A DNA stretch of 64,000 nucleotides from an uncultured Bacteroidota bacterium. Lineage in GTDB: Bacteria > Bacteroidota > Bacteroidia > JABEUT01. How positions within the stretch are numbered: the first letter of the stretch is position 1; every line of letters starts with the position of its first letter. Below, in pieces: positions 36,477 through 46,659 of the stretch. The DNA lies in assembly GCA_903863935.1 (NCBI GenBank), contig CAIPDV010000049.1, forward strand, positions 1,893-65,892. The letters run 5' to 3'. Both the position numbers and the translations under genes were made by a program. Under the pieces are notes generated by a model, which worked only from the letters and a program-made list of their open reading frames with translations, searched no databases and was not told the DNA's origin.

Positions 36477-37565
36477 TTACAAACCCGCCACCACCTTCAC
36501 AATCCTTTCTGTTGCTTTTCCATCCCACATCGGTGGAATTGTTCCTTTTTTATAAGTACCATTTTCAACTGATTCTATTTTACTTGCAATCAGTTTTTCG
36601 TCAAAAGGAATCAGTTCATTGGTGCCGAGTGTAACGGTTACAGGCCTTTCGGTATTTGGTCTAAGGGTAAGACAAGGCACTCCCAGGAAGGTAGATTCTT
36701 CCTGTATTCCTCCGCTGTCGGTAATAATCATTAAGCTATCCTTCACCAATTTCTGGAAAGAAAAATAATCCAACGGCTCACACAAAATAAGTTTCTTGTT
36801 TAGTTTTAATTCAGTCAGCAATCCAAATTTCTCAAGATTGTGAATAGTACGAGGGTGTGCCGGAAAAACAAGGTCGTATTTTTTTGTGATGTTCTTTACA
36901 AGGCTGTTCAGTTTTTTTAGTCCATCTTCCGAATCAACAGTAGCAGGGCGGTGCATGGTCATGAGCAAGAATTTTTTAGGTTTAAGTTCAAACTTTTGCA
37001 AAATGCTGCAGGCATCAATCTCTTTGGAATAGGCCACCAAGGTATCAATCATCGTATTACCTACAAAGTGAATGGTCTCCTTTTTCTTTCCTTCGTTTAT
37101 CAGGTTGTCGTAACCACTTTGTTCGGTCACAAAAAAGTAATCGGACATATCATCGGTAAGCAAGCGGTTGAACTCTTCGGGCATGGTGCGGTCGTAACTC
37201 CGCAATCCGCTTTCGAGGTGGGCGAGGGGTATGTTCATTTTATTAGCCACAAGTGCTCCTGCAAGTGTTGAGTTTACGTCACCGGGAACAACAATTAAAT
37301 CGGGCTTGTATTCATTCACCGATTTCTCCAAAGCCCTCATAATATCCGCCATCTGGGCAATGGGAGTGCCCGCTTCCACATTCAGAAAAATATCCGGCTG
37401 CAAGCCGAATTGTTCAAAAAAAACAGAGGACATATTTTTATCGAAGTGCTGCCCGGTGTGGACTATCTTACAATCCAAAGTTGGGTAATTCTTGATCACC
37501 GAATGAAACTGTGTGACCTTAATAAAGTTAGGTCGTGTACCAACAACTATCAGTATTTTTTTCAT
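36477..37565 (-). CDS. wecB: UDP-N-acetylglucosamine 2-epimerase (non-hydrolysing)
   Basis: MKKILIVVGTRPNFIKVTQF..., DSGGIQEEST. Confidence 0.88.
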   Translation of the reverse strand: MKKILIVVGTRPNFIKVTQFHSVIKNYPTLDCKIVHTGQHFDKNMSSVFFEQFGLQPDIFLNVEAGTPIAQMADIMRALEKSVNEYKPDLIVVPGDVNSTLAGALVANKMNIPLAHLESGLRSYDRTMPEEFNRLLTDDMSDYFFVTEQSGYDNLINEGKKKETIHFVGNTMIDTLVAYSKEIDACSILQKFELKPKKFLLMTMHRPATVDSEDGLKKLNSLVKNITKKYDLVFPAHPRTIHNLEKFGLLTELKLNKKLILCEPLDYFSFQKLVKDSLMIITDSGGIQEESTFLGVPCLTLRPNTERPVTVTLGTNELIPFDEKLIASKIESVENGTYKKGTIPPMWDGKATERIVKVVAGL

Positions 37566-37568
37566 TTT

Positions 37569-38168
37569 TTATTGAGCTTTTTTCTTTCTGCCGTATTTTC
37601 CCTGCAAGTCGGTTTCCGCCTGAATATGGCCCTGCATAAGGTTCGACAATTGGGTTTTTGTAAGTCCCGCGCGGACATTCAGTTTAGTATCTAAAGCATA
37701 CAACCGGAAATAATAGCGGTGCACCGGACCTTCGGGCGGACAAGGGCCTCCGTAGCCAATAGCCCTGAAACTTGTAAAGCCCTGTTTCATTCCATTTGGA
37801 AGAACAGAATCGCGCGGAATATGCATGGCAAGCATGGTATCGGTAGGAGGGATATTATAAACTATCCAATGTATCCAGGTTCCGTCTGGTGCATCGGGGT
37901 CTTCCATAATAAGGGCATAGCCTGCCGTGTTTTTATTAGGATTTTTCCAATGCATTTCAGGTGAAAAATTTGAACTGTCGCAGGTATACAGTATTGGTAT
38001 TGTGTCACTGTTATGAAAGGCAGGTGAAGTGAATACGAAAGGAGTAACAGCAGGCAAATCATCAGCGTTGGTTGCTTTAATAACCCCATTATTGCAGCCT
38101 GTTATAGCTATTGCAAAAACGAACAATAAAACTGCAAATGATTTTCTTAAGTCCATTAGGTAACGCAA
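37569..38168 (-). CDS. YbhB/YbcL (PEBP/Raf kinase inhibitor-like) lipoprotein
   Basis: Lipobox AITGC. GYGGPCPPEGPVHRYYFRLYALD. Confidence 0.82.
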   Translation of the reverse strand: MRYLMDLRKSFAVLLFVFAIAITGCNNGVIKATNADDLPAVTPFVFTSPAFHNSDTIPILYTCDSSNFSPEMHWKNPNKNTAGYALIMEDPDAPDGTWIHWIVYNIPPTDTMLAMHIPRDSVLPNGMKQGFTSFRAIGYGGPCPPEGPVHRYYFRLYALDTKLNVRAGLTKTQLSNLMQGHIQAETDLQGKYGRKKKAQ

Positions 38169-38289
38169 TGAAGATTCAAACTTACCGAAATTCCTGAAAT
38201 TGCGGGAAAGATGTTAAAAAAGCCTAACTATTCAGTGATGGCAAAGAGCAAAGCGATAACTTGCCCAAATAAATGCTTTCCATGTTCCT

Positions 38290-38297
38290 TATATTTG
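38290..38297 (+). promoter_or_regulatory. candidate -7 box TATATTTG for the NUDIX gene
   Basis: Matches TAnnTTTG, 28 nt upstream of the ATG. Confidence 0.3.
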
Positions 38298-38325
38298 TTG
38301 CTCAAACAAAAAATCAGTCTGTAAT

Positions 38326-38877
38326 ATGTCGAAGTTAAAGCCCTGGGAAATATTGAATAGTGAAATAGTTTTTCATAATAAGTGGGTCACCATACAAAGG
38401 GATACCGTTAAGCTTCCCAACGATTCTATTTTAGATGATTACTTTGTAAATGTAAGGCCAGAGGTGGCAATTGCCCTGCCTGTGACAAAGGATGGGAAGG
38501 CAATTATGGTAAAGCAATACAAACATGGAGGAAAAGAAATTCTGATGGAGTTTCCGGGTGGGGTATTTGATGCCGCCAGTGAATCGCCAATGGAAGGTGC
38601 CTTGCGCGAAATGCGCGAGGAAACCGGATTTCATTCCGATGAGATGGTGTATCTTGGAAAGGTATATGATGATCCTACCAAAGATACCAACAGCATTCAC
38701 TTTTTTCTTGCGAAGAATGCCTATAAAAAACAGGAACCAGAACCAGACCTGACAGAAAACATAGAGGTAATGGAAGTGGAATTTGATGAAATACCTGCCA
38801 TGATCAGGGAGAATAAAATCAGGGTGTGTGGTGCAATTGCCATTTATACAATGGCCGCAATGCATTTAAATAAGTAA
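38326..38877 (+). CDS. NUDIX hydrolase
   Basis: Nudix box GGVFDAASESPMEGALREMREETG. Confidence 0.85.
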   Translation: MSKLKPWEILNSEIVFHNKWVTIQRDTVKLPNDSILDDYFVNVRPEVAIALPVTKDGKAIMVKQYKHGGKEILMEFPGGVFDAASESPMEGALREMREETGFHSDEMVYLGKVYDDPTKDTNSIHFFLAKNAYKKQEPEPDLTENIEVMEVEFDEIPAMIRENKIRVCGAIAIYTMAAMHLNK

Positions 38878-38878
38878 T

Positions 38879-39586
38879 ATGAAACAAATGGTTAGAAAAA
38901 AAATAGTGCTTCTTTCGCTTTTCATTTTAAGTTTTTCGTTTTTCGTTTTTTCTCAGAACATTCCTAACGGAGGTTTTGAAAACTGGTTTTATTACCCGAA
39001 AACAATTTATGAAACCCCGAAAAGCTGGACAGATAATGACTTGCTTTACCAACGCTTTGATTCAGGTTACAGGGGGATCTCAATAATTAAAACAACCCGA
39101 AGCCATTCCGGAAAATATGCCTTGCAAATGGGTGTCGCAATCGATCACAACGATACGGTGAATGGCGCAATCTTTTCGACCGGAAATACCGATTCATTAA
39201 TTAACGGAGCCTTTTATCATAAAGCTTCACTGGGTTTTCCCTGCGATATGAGGTATGGAACCTTAACAGGTTATTATGTGTTTGATAAACTACCCGGAGA
39301 TACAGCCGTGTTTGGTGCTATTATGACCCGCTGGAATTGGGTGACCCGCAAAAGAGATACGATAGTGAATTCCATTTTACGTATAGGTGATCTGCATAGC
39401 GATTATGTACCCTTTGTTGTTCCACTAAAATACAGGATAAGAAAGGAAGTGCCCGATACCGCTTTCATTACCATCGGAATACAATCGGGCAATGGAAAAG
39501 CCGCCAAGATTGGAACAACGCTAATCATTGATGATTTGCAATTCTCAGGTAAACCAGAAGAGAAAACAGAGAACAAAAACCAATAA
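38879..39586 (+). CDS. secreted hypothetical protein
   Basis: Signal peptide. N-terminal NIPNGGFENW as in PCMD-like surface proteins (weak recall). Confidence 0.55.
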   Translation: MKQMVRKKIVLLSLFILSFSFFVFSQNIPNGGFENWFYYPKTIYETPKSWTDNDLLYQRFDSGYRGISIIKTTRSHSGKYALQMGVAIDHNDTVNGAIFSTGNTDSLINGAFYHKASLGFPCDMRYGTLTGYYVFDKLPGDTAVFGAIMTRWNWVTRKRDTIVNSILRIGDLHSDYVPFVVPLKYRIRKEVPDTAFITIGIQSGNGKAAKIGTTLIIDDLQFSGKPEEKTENKNQ

Positions 39587-39588
39587 AA

Positions 39589-39616
39589 AAAGAGGTTACT
39601 GTATAGTAACCTCTTT
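39589..39616. terminator. hairpin between convergent genes
   Basis: aagaggttact-gtat-agtaacctctt, flanked by A and T runs. Confidence 0.55.
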
Positions 39617-39635
39617 AAATGTTTTCATAATTTAA

Positions 39636-40862
39636 TTATATCCTTCTGCTGCCTCCTCCGCTATTTCCGCCGCGGTTTCCACCATAATTTTGTGGGGCTT
39701 GATGCTGTGGCTGATAAGCCTGTTGCCTAGGTTGCTGATACGTTTGCTGCCTTGGTTGTTGGTACTGTTGCCTAGGCTGCTGATATGTTTGCTGCCTAGG
39801 TTGTTGGTACTGTTGCCTAGGCTGCTGATATGTTTGTTGCCTGGGTTGTTGGTACTGTTGTTGCCTATGTTGTTGTTGAGCAGACTGCCTTTGAGCATTG
39901 CTATTCCAGTTATTTCTTTGTTGCTGGCTGAATTGGCTGTTACGTTGTTGGGCTTGTGGAGCAGTAGTAACAGATCTCTGCGGAGCAACATAATTATTTC
40001 TGTTGGAAGTTGCAGCACTCTGATTATAGTTACGTATGTTACCCAATCTGCTGCTTTGTCCAGCTCCCGTATTCTGACGGGCAGTAACAGGTCTGATATT
40101 TGTATGTGTAACCCTTTCTACATCTTGCCTTTGAGGTCCGCAGGCGTAGGTTGTATGCCTATCCCTGTCATAATATGTATTACGGATTATGCTTGTTCTC
40201 CTGCAATAATCTTCGTTATAGCTTCTTGGAATATAATGGTCGCATATATCCCGGTCGCAGATATAATTTTCTCCTACAAAGCACCAGTAGTTTGTTGGAA
40301 TATTTACCCACCAGTCATAGCTTACGGAGATATCAATTCCTGGATATAAAGGAGCCCATCCGTAATATCCGTCGCAATGTCTCCACGCAACCCATGCAGG
40401 CCCCCAGGTTACACCGGGAATCCAGAACCATCCATAATTATAATCATAGGCCCAGCGTCCATAGTGGAATGTTGCCCATCCCCAGCTATAATCGGAAACC
40501 CAGGTCCATCCGTAATCAGTATAAACCCAATGTCCGTTGGTAGAGTATGGAGTAAAATTAGCACCTGCACTTGGAATCCAAACATACCCATAGGCATTGT
40601 AATATACCCACTGACCATAAGGGGAAAGTTGGTTGTAAAAGTAATCGGTTGATTGAGGTGCGGTGGCAGGCGGTGCAGCTTGTTGAGCTTCCTGTTGGTC
40701 TAGTTGCTGGGTTCCGGGATCAGGAGCGGCAGGTGCCTCTGAATTTTGCTGATCATTGTTTTGCTGGTCTTGTTGGTCGTCCTGAGCAAATCCGGTAGAT
40801 GGCATAATAAAAGCCAATCCAATAAGACTTACTATTACTAATTTTCCGACTTGTGTTTTCAT
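39636..40862 (-). CDS. secreted YxWGxW-repeat/DUF6600-like protein with Gln-rich low-complexity tails
   Basis: Likely start MKTQVGKLVIVSLIGLAFIMPSTGFAQ. Core YGWTWVSDYSWGWATFHYGRWAYDYNYGWFWIPGVTWGPAWVAWRHCDGYYGWAPLYPG. The C-terminus carries QQPRQQ(T)Y repeats and ends GGNRGGNSGGGSRRI. Confidence 0.75.
   Translation of the reverse strand: MKTQVGKLVIVSLIGLAFIMPSTGFAQDDQQDQQNNDQQNSEAPAAPDPGTQQLDQQEAQQAAPPATAPQSTDYFYNQLSPYGQWVYYNAYGYVWIPSAGANFTPYSTNGHWVYTDYGWTWVSDYSWGWATFHYGRWAYDYNYGWFWIPGVTWGPAWVAWRHCDGYYGWAPLYPGIDISVSYDWWVNIPTNYWCFVGENYICDRDICDHYIPRSYNEDYCRRTSIIRNTYYDRDRHTTYACGPQRQDVERVTHTNIRPVTARQNTGAGQSSRLGNIRNYNQSAATSNRNNYVAPQRSVTTAPQAQQRNSQFSQQQRNNWNSNAQRQSAQQQHRQQQYQQPRQQTYQQPRQQYQQPRQQTYQQPRQQYQQPRQQTYQQPRQQAYQPQHQAPQNYGGNRGGNSGGGSRRI
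39720..39854. repeat. 45-bp tandem repeat x3 inside the CDS
   Basis: Units at 39720, 39765 and 39810 encode QQPRQQTYQQPRQQY. Confidence 0.85.
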
Positions 40863-41019
40863 ATTTCTTAATTTAATATTGAGCGTTTTCACCGTTTCTG
40901 AAATAAAAGTATTTCGGTAGAATGAAAACAATATGAAGAAAGCGGTATTAAGCCGTATTCAAACTTGTTAAAAAGTGCTAATATTGATGCGATTATTAAT
41001 CCGAAAAAATCACTTCCCT

Positions 41020-41550
41020 ATGCGTAAACTTATTGTGTTGACTTGTTTAACCGTTCTAACTTCAATTTCCTGCAATTCTCAATCACGTCAGTTAGAAGCA
41101 GGCAGCAAAATGCCTTTGTTTTCTCTTAAAGATCAGGATGGAAAAACCTTTAATATGAAGGACTCTGTGGGTAACAACATATTCGTTATTTTCTTTTACC
41201 CGAAAGATGAGAGCGCAATATGTACCAAAGAAGCTTGCGGATTCAGGGATAGTATGAAGTTATTTGTTCAGGCTGGAGTGCAGGTAATAGGAATAAACCA
41301 GGGCAGTGTAGAGAGTCATAAAAAATTTCAGCAGCATGATAGCCTGAATTATGAATTACTGAGCGACCCCGATGAAAAAGTAATAAAACAATTTGGGGTA
41401 AATGGTGCACTGCTTACCGACCGTGTGACCTTTGTGGTGGATGAAACCGGGAAAATAGTTTTTAAATATCATTCACTCACCGAAGGAAAAAAGCATGTTC
41501 ACGAAGCACTTAACTTCATTCGTGAGTTAAAGAAAAGAGAAGGCAACTAG
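41020..41550 (+). CDS. bcp: peroxiredoxin (Bcp/AhpC-TSA family), lipoprotein-type signal
   Basis: FFYPKDESAICTKEACGFRD. Likely start MRKLIVLTCLTVLTSISC at 41020. Confidence 0.8.
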   Translation: MRKLIVLTCLTVLTSISCNSQSRQLEAGSKMPLFSLKDQDGKTFNMKDSVGNNIFVIFFYPKDESAICTKEACGFRDSMKLFVQAGVQVIGINQGSVESHKKFQQHDSLNYELLSDPDEKVIKQFGVNGALLTDRVTFVVDETGKIVFKYHSLTEGKKHVHEALNFIRELKKREGN

Positions 41551-41671
41551 GCAGTATGCCATTCTGGCATCATTTTAGCGGCAAGAAAAAAACCAAGGAG
41601 CAAAACTCACTTGGTTTTTAATATCATCCAGTAACAAATAAGCTACCCGGAAACTTAAAACAGAATACGTA

Positions 41672-43453
41672 TTATTCTGTTTTAAGCATCTTTTTCACGG
41701 TAACAATATTTCCGTCTTTGTTCAATATCCTCAGGAGATAAATTCCGTTTGCATTCGACGAAATATCAAAGTCCATGGTGGAATTGTCAACAACTGTGCT
41801 GCTAATAATTTGTCCCATATAATTATATAATTCAATTATCTGTCCCTGTTTTACCCCTGTAACAGAATATGAGCCATTGGTAGGATCAGGATAAACATGA
41901 ATATTGGCAGCTTCATTTATTTTCTCAATACCTGTAATATTCTCGCAAATAGAATCCATGCATCCATTGGCATCCATTACATGGCAGCAGTAAGTTCCAA
42001 TGCAAACTCCGTTCAAGGTATCCGTTGTAGCTCCACCAGGGCTCCACAAATAACTGTAAGCTTTGGTTCCTCCGGTTACTGATATCCACGATGATCCGGT
42101 ACACGGGCCAACCCAGGCGGTGTCAGGATTGTAATATTGGAAAAGAGACAATGCCGCAGGTTGTGTAATGGTTACTGTGGCTGTGCTTAGGACACTATAA
42201 AGGTCTTTTACAGTAATGGTATAAGTTCCGGCAGTTAATCCGCTGGCAGTAGCGTTAGTTCCTCCGCTGGGAGCCCATGTGTAAGAATAAGGAAGAGTTC
42301 CACCTGTAGCAGTTGCTGAAGCACTACCCATATTTTCGCCTTTGCATTTTTCATGTGTGTTAGCGGTTGCCGAAATGCCTAAACCATCCATCTTACGCAC
42401 ACGATTATTGTAGGTATCTCCTAAATAAATATTCCCTGCTGCATCAAGCGAAACTGATGAAACACCGTTAAGTTCCGCAACAGTGGCTTGCCCGCCATCG
42501 CCTGAAAAACCGGGTGCACCTGAACCTGCGTAGGTGCTGATAACGCCGCTGGTGGTTATAATTCGTATTCTATTATTATTAGCATCGGCAATCAGTATAT
42601 TATTGGCTGCATCAACAGCAATACCATAAGGGAAATTAAGTTCTGCCGCTGTAGCTTGTCCGCCATCACCCGAATAACTGCCAATTCCATTTCCTGCAAC
42701 CGTGTTAATAATTCCGGAGGTGTTCACCATGCGGATGCGGTTATTGACCTGGTCTGCTATATAAATATTTCCTGCAGCATCTAAAGCAACACCTGAACAG
42801 GAATTGAGTTCAGCTGCGGTAGCCGCCCCGCCATCGCCGGAGAAGCCAGATATCCCGTTCCCTGCAATTGTATTTATGATACCTGAGGTGTTTACAAGAC
42901 GGATACAACTATTATTGGCATCTGCAATAAGTACGTTTCCTGTCATATCAACCGCAACACCACTGGGGAAATTTAGGCCTGCAGCAGTAGCTGCGCCGCC
43001 GTCTCCTGAATAACTTGGAGCACCTTTTCCGGCAAATGTGCTTATAATACCGGTGGTGTTTACCATCCTTACCCTGTTATTAATGGCATCGGCTATATAG
43101 AAATTTCCATTTGCATCCATCGCTATTCCTGTAGGAGATTTAAGTTCTGCAACGCTGGCCTGTCCACCGTCTCCTGAAAAGCCTGCAACTCCATTTCCTG
43201 CAAAAGTGTTGATAGTTCCTGAAGAATTTATCATACGAATACGATTATTGGAAGCATCGGCAACGTATGAATTACCACCCGTATTCAATATTCCAAACGG
43301 ACTGTTGAGTTCAGCCGCTGTAGCTTGTCCGCCGTCACCTGAATAAGCAGCTGTACCATTTCCGGCAATGGTATTGATAATTTGAGATTGCGAAGCAAGT
43401 GATACACCCATAAGCAGTGCTATCACAGAACCTTTCATGTAAATTGTCTTCAT
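41672..43453 (-). CDS. NHL-repeat protein with two SprB-type repeats and a T9SS C-terminal sorting domain
   Basis: Six units of IAGNG..GFSGDGGQATAAELN.P.G+A+D..GN+YIAD..NNRIR. CKGENMGSASATATGGTLPYSYTW. CTD IHVYPDPTNGSYSV...NGIYLLRI. Confidence 0.8.
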   Translation of the reverse strand: MKTIYMKGSVIALLMGVSLASQSQIINTIAGNGTAAYSGDGGQATAAELNSPFGILNTGGNSYVADASNNRIRMINSSGTINTFAGNGVAGFSGDGGQASVAELKSPTGIAMDANGNFYIADAINNRVRMVNTTGIISTFAGKGAPSYSGDGGAATAAGLNFPSGVAVDMTGNVLIADANNSCIRLVNTSGIINTIAGNGISGFSGDGGAATAAELNSCSGVALDAAGNIYIADQVNNRIRMVNTSGIINTVAGNGIGSYSGDGGQATAAELNFPYGIAVDAANNILIADANNNRIRIITTSGVISTYAGSGAPGFSGDGGQATVAELNGVSSVSLDAAGNIYLGDTYNNRVRKMDGLGISATANTHEKCKGENMGSASATATGGTLPYSYTWAPSGGTNATASGLTAGTYTITVKDLYSVLSTATVTITQPAALSLFQYYNPDTAWVGPCTGSSWISVTGGTKAYSYLWSPGGATTDTLNGVCIGTYCCHVMDANGCMDSICENITGIEKINEAANIHVYPDPTNGSYSVTGVKQGQIIELYNYMGQIISSTVVDNSTMDFDISSNANGIYLLRILNKDGNIVTVKKMLKTE

Positions 43454-43573
43454 ACTATTTTTTTATATTGATATCCAAAAGTAAAAAATAAAATGATATG
43501 CTATTCATTTTATCCATTTGGAATGAAAGTAAGTTGATTAAGAGTTAGGAGATTATAGGATTTTATAAGCCTT

Positions 43574-44938
43574 TTAATTCGTTTTTAAAATCTTTTTTGT
43601 TGCAATAACATCGCCGTTTTTATTTTGTATACGAATCAGGTAAATTCCTTCAGGCTGGTTTGAAATGTCAAGATGCATACAAGTATAATTTACAACGGTG
43701 GTCGTTAACTTTTGTCCGAAGTTATTATACAATTCAATTACCTGTCCTTGTGAAACTCCGGAAATGGTAAATAAGCCTATGCTAGGCGATGGATAAATAT
43801 TCACCTCGTTGGAAGCAATCAGTTGTTTATTTATTCCAGTTGTTATTACAGAGGTTACTTCCCGCACTCTGTTGTTAGTTTCATCAGCTATGTATATATT
43901 TCCCGAATTATCTGCACTGATATTCCATGGTAAATAAAGTTCAGCAGCCGTAGAGTTCCCACCATCACCGCTATATCCGCCACTTGAAGGGGCCCCATAA
44001 CCGTTACCTGCAATTGTGTTGATAATACCTGAGGAGTTTACGATCCGTGTGCGGTTATTGGTTCCGTCGGCAATGCAAATATTTCCGGCAGTATCAATTG
44101 ATACACCGGTTGGGCTGTAAAGTTCAGCCGCAGTAGCGGCTCCTCCATCGCCGGAATAGCCCTGAAAGCCATTCCCGGCAAATGTAGAAATGATGCCGGA
44201 GGTGTTTACCAATCGAATACGGTTATTGCCAAAATCTGCAATGTACATTTGTCCTGCTGCATCAACAGCTATACCCCAGGGTAGGGCGATCTCAGCCGCT
44301 GTAGCCTGTCCTCCGTCACCGCTGAACCCATACGAACCATTTCCTGCGAAAGTTCTGATAACCCCTCCTGTTCCCACTCTCCGTATGCGTTCATTAAGTT
44401 CATCGGCAATAAATACATTTCCTGTAGCATCCATTGCCACAGCGGTAGGAAGGTCAAGTTCTGCATTTGTGGCCTGGCCTCCATCACCCGAATAGGCGTT
44501 TATGCCATTCCCTGCAAACGTATTGATGATGCCTGATGAATTCACAATCCTTACCCTGTTGGCAAGCTGATCGGCAATCAATACATTTCCATTGATATCA
44601 GCAAAAACACTTACAGGGCTTTTAAGTTCAGCGGCTGTGGCAGGTCCGCCATCACCTGAATATGATTTAACGCCATTACCGGCAACTGTACTTATAATTC
44701 CGGTTGAAGTCACCATAAGGATTCTTGCATTACCATTATCAGCTATGTAAACATTTCCGTAAATATCCACGGCAACACTTATTGGATTATTGAGTTCGGC
44801 AGCAGTAGCTGCAGCTCCATCACCGGAAAATCCTGTAGTTCCATTCCCTGCAACGGTGGTTATTAGTTGAGCTTGTGATGTCAATGACATGCTAAGTAGG
44901 AAAGTAATCGGGATAATTTTGTTGTATAATGTATTCAT
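43574..44938 (-). CDS. NHL-repeat protein with a T9SS C-terminal sorting domain
   Basis: Six NHL-like units. CTD VNIYPSPSIGLFTISG...EGIYLIRIQNKNG. Confidence 0.8.
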   Translation of the reverse strand: MNTLYNKIIPITFLLSMSLTSQAQLITTVAGNGTTGFSGDGAAATAAELNNPISVAVDIYGNVYIADNGNARILMVTSTGIISTVAGNGVKSYSGDGGPATAAELKSPVSVFADINGNVLIADQLANRVRIVNSSGIINTFAGNGINAYSGDGGQATNAELDLPTAVAMDATGNVFIADELNERIRRVGTGGVIRTFAGNGSYGFSGDGGQATAAEIALPWGIAVDAAGQMYIADFGNNRIRLVNTSGIISTFAGNGFQGYSGDGGAATAAELYSPTGVSIDTAGNICIADGTNNRTRIVNSSGIINTIAGNGYGAPSSGGYSGDGGNSTAAELYLPWNISADNSGNIYIADETNNRVREVTSVITTGINKQLIASNEVNIYPSPSIGLFTISGVSQGQVIELYNNFGQKLTTTVVNYTCMHLDISNQPEGIYLIRIQNKNGDVIATKKILKTN

Positions 44939-45032
44939 AGTTATATTTTGTTGTGGAAAATTGTATAGGTAAAGATAACAAATAAAATTGTACTTAAGAA
45001 TTCGTAATTTCGCTGCTCAATTAAACTAATTA

Positions 45033-45839
45033 GTGGAGGCAATCATATCGGTACAAAAAGCAGTTAAAAAGTTTGGAGATTTTGTCGCCGTTAATGAGAT
45101 AGATTTTGAAGTTTTAAAGGGTGAGATATTTGCATTCCTTGGCCCGAATGGTGCAGGTAAGAGCACCACAATAAAAATGCTTACAACTTTGCTGAAACCT
45201 ACTTCGGGTTCACTTTTTCTTGCAGGGCATGATGTAACCAAAGAACAAGATCTGGTTCGTAAATCATTTGGTATAGTTTTCCAGGATCCCAGCCTTGATG
45301 ATGAACTTACAGCGTATGAAAATATGAGTCTTCATGCGGTTTTGTACGGAATTTCCAAGAAAGAAATGCGCCCAAGAACGGAAGAGTTATTAAAACTTGT
45401 AGATCTATGGGATAGGCGCGATTCCATTGTGAAAACTTTCTCAGGAGGTATGAAACGCAGACTGGAAATTGCCCGTGGACTCATGCACCATCCAATGGTT
45501 ATGTTTTTAGATGAACCTACTTTAGGATTAGATGCTCAAACCCGTAACATGCTTTGGAATTATATTAAGGAACTGAATAAGCTGGAAGGCATGACCATTT
45601 TTTTTACAACGCATTATCTTGGCGAAGCGGAATCTGTTGCTCAACGTATAGCTATTATTGACCACGGTAAAATTGTTGCCATGGGAACTGCTGAAGAATT
45701 GAAAAAGCAAACTGGTACAATAGATCTGGAATCGGCATACCTTGCGCTTACCGGTAAAGAAGTTCGGGATGAATTGCTGGATAATGTAGAAGGTAACAAA
45801 GAACGGTTCAGAAATATCATGAAAAACCGTACCCGCTGA
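45033..45839 (+). CDS. ABC transporter ATP-binding protein (ABC-2/DrrA-like)
   Basis: GTG start. Walker A GPNGAGKST, signature FSGGMKRR, Walker B MFLDEP. Confidence 0.88.
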   Translation: MEAIISVQKAVKKFGDFVAVNEIDFEVLKGEIFAFLGPNGAGKSTTIKMLTTLLKPTSGSLFLAGHDVTKEQDLVRKSFGIVFQDPSLDDELTAYENMSLHAVLYGISKKEMRPRTEELLKLVDLWDRRDSIVKTFSGGMKRRLEIARGLMHHPMVMFLDEPTLGLDAQTRNMLWNYIKELNKLEGMTIFFTTHYLGEAESVAQRIAIIDHGKIVAMGTAEELKKQTGTIDLESAYLALTGKEVRDELLDNVEGNKERFRNIMKNRTR

Positions 45840-46585
45840 TGGAAGTAATACGCATATTGTGGCTTCGTCAAATTAAAAGATTCTTCCGTTCGGGAATACG
45901 GATTGTAATGGGTTTTGTACAGCCATTGGTATATATGCTTGCCCTTGGGTATGGCCTGAATGCAGTGTTTCAGGGCTCGGGCAACGGCAGCTATCTGCAA
46001 TTTATTGTGCCGGGCGTTATGGTGCAGACTATCATGTTTACCTCCATGTTCTGGGGTGCAAATATTATCTGGGATAAGCAATTCGGGTTTCTGAAAGAAA
46101 CACTTGTAGCACCTGTTTCCAGAGGGGAAATAATGTTTGGAAGTGTATTGGGCGGTGCAACTATTTCGTGCGTGCAAGGCCTTATACTTTTTGTTATTGC
46201 AATGATATTCGGGTTCCGCCCTGTCAGTTGGGAATACATACCGCTAACAATACTTTTTATGGCAATGCTATCATTATCAATTGTCGGGGTGAGTGCCGGC
46301 GTAGGAGCAATGGTGAATGATATGCAGGCATTTGTAGCAGTGAATAATTTCCTTCTAATACCTTTATTCTTTTTGTCGAGCGCATTGTTTCCATTAGACC
46401 ATGTTCCTCAGGTCATGAAGATTATAGCTTCTGCAAACCCTATTTCGTATGCGGTGGACGCAATCCGGTTCACACTCATCAATCGTTCTCATTTCGGATT
46501 GCTGACCGACTTTATTGTTATGTCTGTCACCCTGATTGTTTTTATGGGATTCGGAACGTATCGTTTCAATAAAATTCAAGCCTGA
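45839..46585 (+). CDS. ABC-2 type transporter permease
   Basis: Six TM segments; ATGA overlap with the ATPase gene. Confidence 0.82.
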   Translation: MEVIRILWLRQIKRFFRSGIRIVMGFVQPLVYMLALGYGLNAVFQGSGNGSYLQFIVPGVMVQTIMFTSMFWGANIIWDKQFGFLKETLVAPVSRGEIMFGSVLGGATISCVQGLILFVIAMIFGFRPVSWEYIPLTILFMAMLSLSIVGVSAGVGAMVNDMQAFVAVNNFLLIPLFFLSSALFPLDHVPQVMKIIASANPISYAVDAIRFTLINRSHFGLLTDFIVMSVTLIVFMGFGTYRFNKIQA

Positions 46586-46659
46586 AAGTATTTTGTACTT
46601 GTCATCAAAAAATGTTAACTTTGTTAAAAATGGGGTAAACATAAATCCTGTTAAACAGG

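Noticed and set aside
39690-40349. 219-aa + strand ORF antisense to the YxWGxW protein (plus 40151-40543 and others)
   Set aside because: It is a Leu/Pro-rich mirror of CAG/CAA repeats. It has no signal or start context, while the minus-strand frame has a signal peptide and recognisable repeats.
45641-46177. 178-aa antisense ORF spanning the ABC ATPase/permease junction
   Set aside because: Both sense genes have strong motifs (Walker A and B, ABC-2 TM pattern). The antisense product has none.
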